NCBI GenBank assembly: GCA_045862895.1
Contig: BTUO01000001.1
Span: 998,890 to 1,062,889, forward strand
Direction: 5' to 3'
Origin: Acidobacteriota bacterium
GTDB taxonomy: Bacteria > Acidobacteriota > Thermoanaerobaculia > Multivoradales > JAGPDF01
Length of the DNA stretch: 64,000 nt
The translations under genes and the position numbers were made by a program. Under the pieces are notes generated by a model, which was given only the letters and a program-made list of their open reading frames with translations, was not told the origin of the DNA and searched no databases. Shown one piece after another: positions 60,301 to 64,000 of this stretch (within the stretch, counting starts at the first letter, position 1; every line of letters starts with the position of its first letter).

Positions 60301-61583
60301 GCCCGGTGCGTCGACGGCTTCACCGGGAACACGCCGCCCTGATCGAAGAGCTCCGTCGGCGAGCCGAACGGCCGGTGCCCGGTGAACAGCTCGAAGAGCA
60401 CCAGACCGGCACCGAAGACGTCCGAGGAGGGGCTCGCGTTGGCCGGCTCCTTCCACGTCTCGGGAGCCGCGTAGTTCGCGTCGATCTTCTCAGCGATCTC
60501 TGCGGCGATCGTGAGGCTCCGGTCTGTCCCGGCGCGAGCGTGATCGAAGCCCGTGAGCCGGATGTGCCCGTCGCTGCCGAGCAGGATGGTGCTCGGTGAG
60601 AGGTCGCGGTGGACGACTTCGTGGGCGTGGCAGAACGCAAGCGCCTCGAGCAGCTCCCTGGCGACCCGTAGCTTCTGGTCGAGGGTCAGCGCCAGCGCGG
60701 GCTTGTCGATGTGCAGGCGCAGCGCCTGACCCGAAACGTCCTCGGTGACCAGCACGTAACGGTCTTCACTCTCGGTCGCGAAGAAGCTCTTGGCACCGGC
60801 GATGAACGGGTGCCCGGGGAGGCGGTTGAGCGCGAAGAAGGCGTTGGCGATCCGGGCCTTCTGCCGCTCGCGCTGGTCCGGGTCCGTCACGTAGGGGTCG
60901 GCTTGGTAGGCTCGCAGCAACGCCGTGCCGCCCCGCTTGCCCGCGAAAGTGTTGATGGCGCGGTACTCGGTGAAAGTGTCGCTGGCGCCGAGTCGCTCCA
61001 CCACCTCCCAATCACCAAGCACCAGGGGGCCCGAGCGAGACCTGGCGACACCGACCAGGGCGCTGCGCACCATGCCGTGCAGGCGCGAGATGTTCTTCTC
61101 GAAGCGCGCCGGGAGTCGACTCGCATTTTGGAAGAACGACGCGGCCTTCTTGAGGGTGGTGACGTTTTCGCTGTCGCGGCTGCCCTGGTCGACCAGGTGT
61201 GCGTCTGGGGCGGTCAGGAGCACCACCGCTTCGACGAACACGCCATCAAGGTCGCGGCGGCCGGGTTGGCTCTCGGTGAGAATGCCCTTCACCGTTCGCG
61301 CGTGCCCCCGCAGCTTCAGGAGTGGCGAAGTGAAGGGCTGGCGCCCCTCCGGATACCACTTGGGCCCATAGACATCGATGAGCCCGCGTGTGCCCTTGAC
61401 GTCGACAAGGTACAAGCCGTGCGGTGTCAGTACGGCGATATCCACTTCGAAGGACTCGCCGCCACGACGGATCTCGAAGTTGTGGAAGATGAGGTAGCTT
61501 CCGGGAAGTTGATCCCGAAGGTGCGCGATCGCCAGACGCTCGGCGTCGTTCACGGGTTCGCCGATAGGGACCACCGCTGCCAT
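57387..61583 (-). CDS. multidomain protein: N-terminal NERD nuclease-related domain, tandem Ser/Thr protein kinase domains, C-terminal P-loop NTPase
   Basis: NERD domain ERLAIAHLRDQLPGSYLIFHNFEIRRGGESFEVDIAVLTPHGLYLVDVKGTRG. Kinase 1 has VVHRDLSPSTILL, GFDHA and AAPE. Kinase 2 has FGVVYKVVD, ALKII, YHCDIKPSNLLW and IIDFNVAV. Walker A LVLITGNAGDGKTAFLQQL. Confidence 0.75.
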   Translation of the reverse strand: MAAVVPIGEPVNDAERLAIAHLRDQLPGSYLIFHNFEIRRGGESFEVDIAVLTPHGLYLVDVKGTRGLIDVYGPKWYPEGRQPFTSPLLKLRGHARTVKGILTESQPGRRDLDGVFVEAVVLLTAPDAHLVDQGSRDSENVTTLKKAASFFQNASRLPARFEKNISRLHGMVRSALVGVARSRSGPLVLGDWEVVERLGASDTFTEYRAINTFAGKRGGTALLRAYQADPYVTDPDQRERQKARIANAFFALNRLPGHPFIAGAKSFFATESEDRYVLVTEDVSGQALRLHIDKPALALTLDQKLRVARELLEALAFCHAHEVVHRDLSPSTILLGSDGHIRLTGFDHARAGTDRSLTIAAEIAEKIDANYAAPETWKEPANASPSSDVFGAGLVLFELFTGHRPFGSPTELFDQGGVFPVKPSTHRAEIAPPLDAWLQRLCTFDPGQRLTSVAALQALDQALAASVPSEPDVAPPPAELPPPQPPSTQPPAIDWTDVARGTLLAGKLEVQAKLGRGTFGVVYKVVDTLGDVTRALKIILRDRHSTLERLKKEYKTLVHLPEHPHVVRVIDANVLPGDGPPYLLFEYVDGEDVGDLIRDARFAPEDALVLFRQVTQGLVHLHREGVYHCDIKPSNLLWTVRGAKIIDFNVAVRTEDNGHGGGSRRYLPPDLDLSATPSPSELVDRDLYALGLTVYEALTGVYPWKSMSPPPATNAHDPRELPGLSNLAPELTGVVLKAIAPKRADRFASASALLEALEDVTRARREPTADSSDSLLVPEIGGNIPPNTNPFVNYLLTLYSQSPQTNAGTRGLDDLGRRTYVPTLLDDRLMPDVIAGRFKLVLITGNAGDGKTAFLQQLEVQAGEQAQLVSSEALLNGRRFRTVQRTFLTNYDGSQDEDTRGNDEVLREFFAPFKGDDPLAWPDKETRLVAINEGRLVDFLQTERAAFPALLRIAEEGLLTGAGANGVAVVNLNLRSVVANGDGPRGEVDSILVRQTLLLTHPKFWGACHSCDLKERCYALHNVQTFQDRTAGPQVLERLKTLYTLTHLRGRLHITLRDLRSALAFMLTSARDCAEIHKLYADGRRDEIAAAFYFNAWMGAESATVDRLLTLLRDVDVSAAGDPRLDRGLDFVSPSQDRSRFGFADRGRYDHEVLRALYENLPRDCSGKPTPHRTETHRRYVAMARRRAFFERRDGGWRAMLSYRSGDRMLKMVSREAMPELALPEVLQAINRGEGLFDPTRLSGSLALQVRQVEHGTIRSYRLYDVSRFQLGVRDAASRARFVEHMPGALVLRYDDQDNQAELVINLDVFEMLERLNHGYRPSLEEEQGYYLSLAVFKNVLGSAPYQEVLLTTTGHDFYRVERHEDGRLEMAHLPLQAPAALTRGAMDAPPGVAEEMR

Positions 61584-63010
61584 CAGGCCGCCTCCTCGAT
61601 GGCTCGCTCGACGAGTGAGACTCCCTGCCGCTCAGAACCGATCGCTCGCGAGAGCGCTTCGACCATATGGCCGACGAGAGTAACGACCTCTTCGCGCTTC
61701 TTGCCGGTCCACCACGGGATTCGCAGATCCGCCAGGAGCGAGCAGTCGAGGCTCGGTATGGAAGAACCAAAGGCTGTCCCGATTGCCGCGTAGTAGCCGG
61801 GCTCGGTCGCGAACACTGCCCAAGCGAACAATGCGTCCTCGCGCGACTTGCACCGGATTCGCACGAGGTGCTCGGATGCAGCGGATCCGTAATAGGAGGG
61901 CATCGGGAGAACGGCCCGGCCGATGATGCCGCCGAGCTGGCCACTACGAGGTAGGAGGAGGTCCCTCTCGGTGACGAGCTGTCGCTCGAGATCGGGAGTC
62001 CGGGATCTGGAAATGAGGTAGTCGCCGACTGGGTCGAGACGGAAGACCTCGGACGACGATAGAAACGGTACGCCATACGCCTTGTCTTCCACTTTGCGAC
62101 GGGCGCCGCGGTTTGGTTCGAAGACCTCATCGACGACGTCGCCCAGGCGCTGAGTGGGGCCCGAGGCCAGGCATTCGCGGGCGGCGCGGATCCCCGATGC
62201 GTGGTGGAACGCATCAAGTCGCCTCTGGAGAATCAACGACCTCGAAGTGGTCCAGAGGTCGCTGGTGGTCCGATGGCTCCAGCTCAGGCTCTTGGTCACC
62301 TTCTGAACAATCGTGGCCCGTAGCGATGCGGCTTCGGACCTGCGGACGGCGGAGATCTCGACGAGTTCATGCGCCGTCCGCTCCACATCACGGCCGAGTC
62401 GCGGCACCGGGAGGTCCGCGATGTGCTCCGGTTCGATGGACTGGATGATCGAACCGTAGGTGCCCGAGGTCACCAGCGGCACGCCGAACTTGCTGCTCAG
62501 GAAGGCGTAGACGTAGCCCGGGTTAACCTTCCTCGAGTCCGGGACCACCTTCATGACGTGCTGCGACGTCCACATGCCGTTCATATCCGGCCGCGCGTAG
62601 ACCATTCGGCCGATCGTGCCAGAGCACGAGATCAGGGTCATTCCAGGTTCGATGCGGAGGTAGGAGAGCTTCGCTGACTCAGCATCCCGCCGTCGGAGGT
62701 ACGGCAGAGTGCTGAGGTCTGCCTGGAGCATCGCGGCGCTCCCGAGGAACGGAACGCCGTGCTCGGGACCTTCGACGAATCTGCGGGAGAAGTGCGGGCC
62801 GTTGAAGATGCCACCCTCGTGACCAGCTGTCAGATCCGCCAGCCTCTCCTTCCGGCAAGTCAGCTCCTCCAACCGGATCCTGGCCTCGAGGGCACCGGAC
62901 ATGTACGGGCCGCAGTCGAGGCGTCGTCCGTCTCGGCGCATCCAGGCGCTGGGAATGGCCTTGACCTTCATGCGTCGGGCTCCGAGTGCTCGGCGCGGAC
63001 CGTGCGGCAA
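61583..63010 (-). CDS. HsdS-like specificity protein with two target-recognition-domain halves
   Basis: Repeated halves each carry GVPFL...(D/M)xLISxSG(T/R)...GxxGIIGRxV and LADL(P/R)(V/I)P-like segments typical of type I S subunits (Methylase_S). The stop overlaps the NERD-kinase start (ATGA). The N-terminal start is uncertain, possibly MKVKAIP at 62971. Confidence 0.55.
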   Translation of the reverse strand: MPHGPRRALGARRMKVKAIPSAWMRRDGRRLDCGPYMSGALEARIRLEELTCRKERLADLTAGHEGGIFNGPHFSRRFVEGPEHGVPFLGSAAMLQADLSTLPYLRRRDAESAKLSYLRIEPGMTLISCSGTIGRMVYARPDMNGMWTSQHVMKVVPDSRKVNPGYVYAFLSSKFGVPLVTSGTYGSIIQSIEPEHIADLPVPRLGRDVERTAHELVEISAVRRSEAASLRATIVQKVTKSLSWSHRTTSDLWTTSRSLILQRRLDAFHHASGIRAARECLASGPTQRLGDVVDEVFEPNRGARRKVEDKAYGVPFLSSSEVFRLDPVGDYLISRSRTPDLERQLVTERDLLLPRSGQLGGIIGRAVLPMPSYYGSAASEHLVRIRCKSREDALFAWAVFATEPGYYAAIGTAFGSSIPSLDCSLLADLRIPWWTGKKREEVVTLVGHMVEALSRAIGSERQGVSLVERAIEEAA

Positions 63011-63165
63011 GGGTCAGCGGTGGGCAGAAAGTCGCCGGCGACGGTCCTCTCCTTCCGCCGGAGCACGGGCACGGCTGGGTGTCCTTTGACGCGGCGGGCG
63101 CCGTCAGAAGAGACACCAAACCCGTCACAGATGGAGCGGCTGCAGGGCTTGAGGTCCCGCCGGCA

Positions 63166-63225
63166 CGCGACTGCCAGACGCTCGGCGTCGTTGACGGGCT
63201 CGCCGATGGCGACCACCATTGCCAT
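63166..63225 (-). pseudogene. duplicated N-terminal fragment (about 19 codons) of the NERD-kinase gene fused after HsdS-like gene 2
   Basis: MAMVVAIGEPVNDAERLAV versus MAAVVPIGEPVNDAERLAIAHL. The 63166-63260 block is about 85% identical in nucleotides to 61536-61610. The ORF then diverges into non-coding-like sequence (62968-63165). Confidence 0.45.
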
Positions 63226-63983
63226 CAGGCCGCCTCTTCGATGGCGCCCTCGACGAGCGTGCGCGCCTCGCGTTCCTTCGCCACGGCAGCGTGACGGAGC
63301 TCGGCGACCATCGCCCCTTCCTTGCCGATGCGCTTTCGGACCGGATCTCCGGGGTCGGGCACGACGACACGGCCAATCTGATGAACGTCGAGATGCGGGA
63401 TGGACGAGCCGTAGGCTCGAGCTTTGAGCTGCCGCAGCCCGAAATTGGACGTAAGGGCGACGAACACGAAGCCCGCAGTAGCTGCATCAGGACAGTTGAT
63501 CCGAATTGCATCCTCGGACACTGCGCCGCCCAGGATGTCGCCGTACGGCAAGACGGCCGTGCCGATGATCCCGGAGAGCTGGCCAGAACGAGGGATCAAG
63601 ACGGTCCTCTCCGTAACGACGTACTCCTGAACGCCCTGCTGATTCTTTGGTAGGAAGTACATCTCAGTAGGCTCACTCCACATCAGCGCTGCTGTTCCGA
63701 AGAACCGCACTCCGAAATCCGGATCGTCGAGGCGAATACGCTTGAATCGGTTCGGCTCGATGATTGAACTCGCAAGCTTGCCTACCGTCGTGGTTCCAAT
63801 AGGCGCGCTCTTCAGTTGAGCGACTACCTGATTGCCGTAGGGGCTGTGGAAGAACGCGTCGAAGCGCTCCTGGATTGTAGATGCGGGAACAGATACGCAC
63901 GAATACGGCATCGGGCTGCTCGCTGGGGTGAGCGGCTCCAAGTGCGCCAGAGTCTCCAGCTCGCGAACAGCGTCGGCAAGCAA
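63225..63983 (-). CDS. HsdS-like specificity protein 2 (single TRD half visible; 5' end may extend beyond window)
   Basis: Aligns to the C-terminal half of HsdS-like 1 (PRSGQLSGIIGTAVLP..., ...AYGSSIPHLD..., C-terminus LVEGAIEEAA versus LVERAIEEAA). The window ends 17 nt past the first Met. Confidence 0.5.
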   Translation of the reverse strand: MLADAVRELETLAHLEPLTPASSPMPYSCVSVPASTIQERFDAFFHSPYGNQVVAQLKSAPIGTTTVGKLASSIIEPNRFKRIRLDDPDFGVRFFGTAALMWSEPTEMYFLPKNQQGVQEYVVTERTVLIPRSGQLSGIIGTAVLPYGDILGGAVSEDAIRINCPDAATAGFVFVALTSNFGLRQLKARAYGSSIPHLDVHQIGRVVVPDPGDPVRKRIGKEGAMVAELRHAAVAKEREARTLVEGAIEEAA

Positions 63984-64000
63984 CTTGGAGGCGTTCGCGC

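Overview
This 64 kb window has about 68-70% GC and looks like part of a conjugative plasmid or ICE. It contains four modules.

(1) Bases 340-17900 are a complete mobilisation, type IV secretion and partition backbone. It holds a candidate oriT, mobC, a MOBP/Q-type relaxase, traF, the traG coupling protein, and a Ti-plasmid-ordered trbBCDEJ(K)LFGI set followed by parAB. A mer-like mini-operon (merR operator-promoter, merR, a glutaredoxin-like gene and a merT-like gene) sits between traG and trbB.

(2) Bases 17900-21100 carry small cargo genes: a lower-GC 521-aa hypothetical, radC and a zinc-ribbon hypothetical.

(3) Bases 21176-50048 are a roughly 27 kb copper/heavy-metal homeostasis island. 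It is bracketed by two direct ~780 bp repeats of about 90% identity. Each repeat carries a tail-less SSB-like OB-fold gene plus a conserved ~390 bp structured leader. Inside the island:
- an unusual operon of a CuA-type cupredoxin, a NosR/NapH-like polyferredoxin, a CuA-cupredoxin-cytochrome c fusion and a Cys-rich lipoprotein;
- cusCBA;
- htrA and an HD-GYP protein;
- a multicopper oxidase and a TolC-like outer membrane factor;
- a YHS-domain protein and cytochrome c;
- a copA P1B-type ATPase and a CorE-like, Cys-tailed ECF sigma factor;
- several small secreted Cys-rich proteins, including a clear paralogous pair.

(4) Bases 50114-64000 form a tightly overlapping minus-strand operon that looks like a candidate undescribed defence system. 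It encodes HsdS-like specificity proteins (duplicated, with a duplicated junction), a 1398-aa protein with a NERD nuclease domain, tandem Ser/Thr kinase domains and a P-loop NTPase, a 561-aa protein of unknown function, and a 1863-aa protein with a HerA/DUF87-like ATPase.

No rRNA, tRNA, CRISPR array, transposase or integrase was recognised. All protein-family assignments rest on motif recognition by eye and need HMM or BLAST confirmation.
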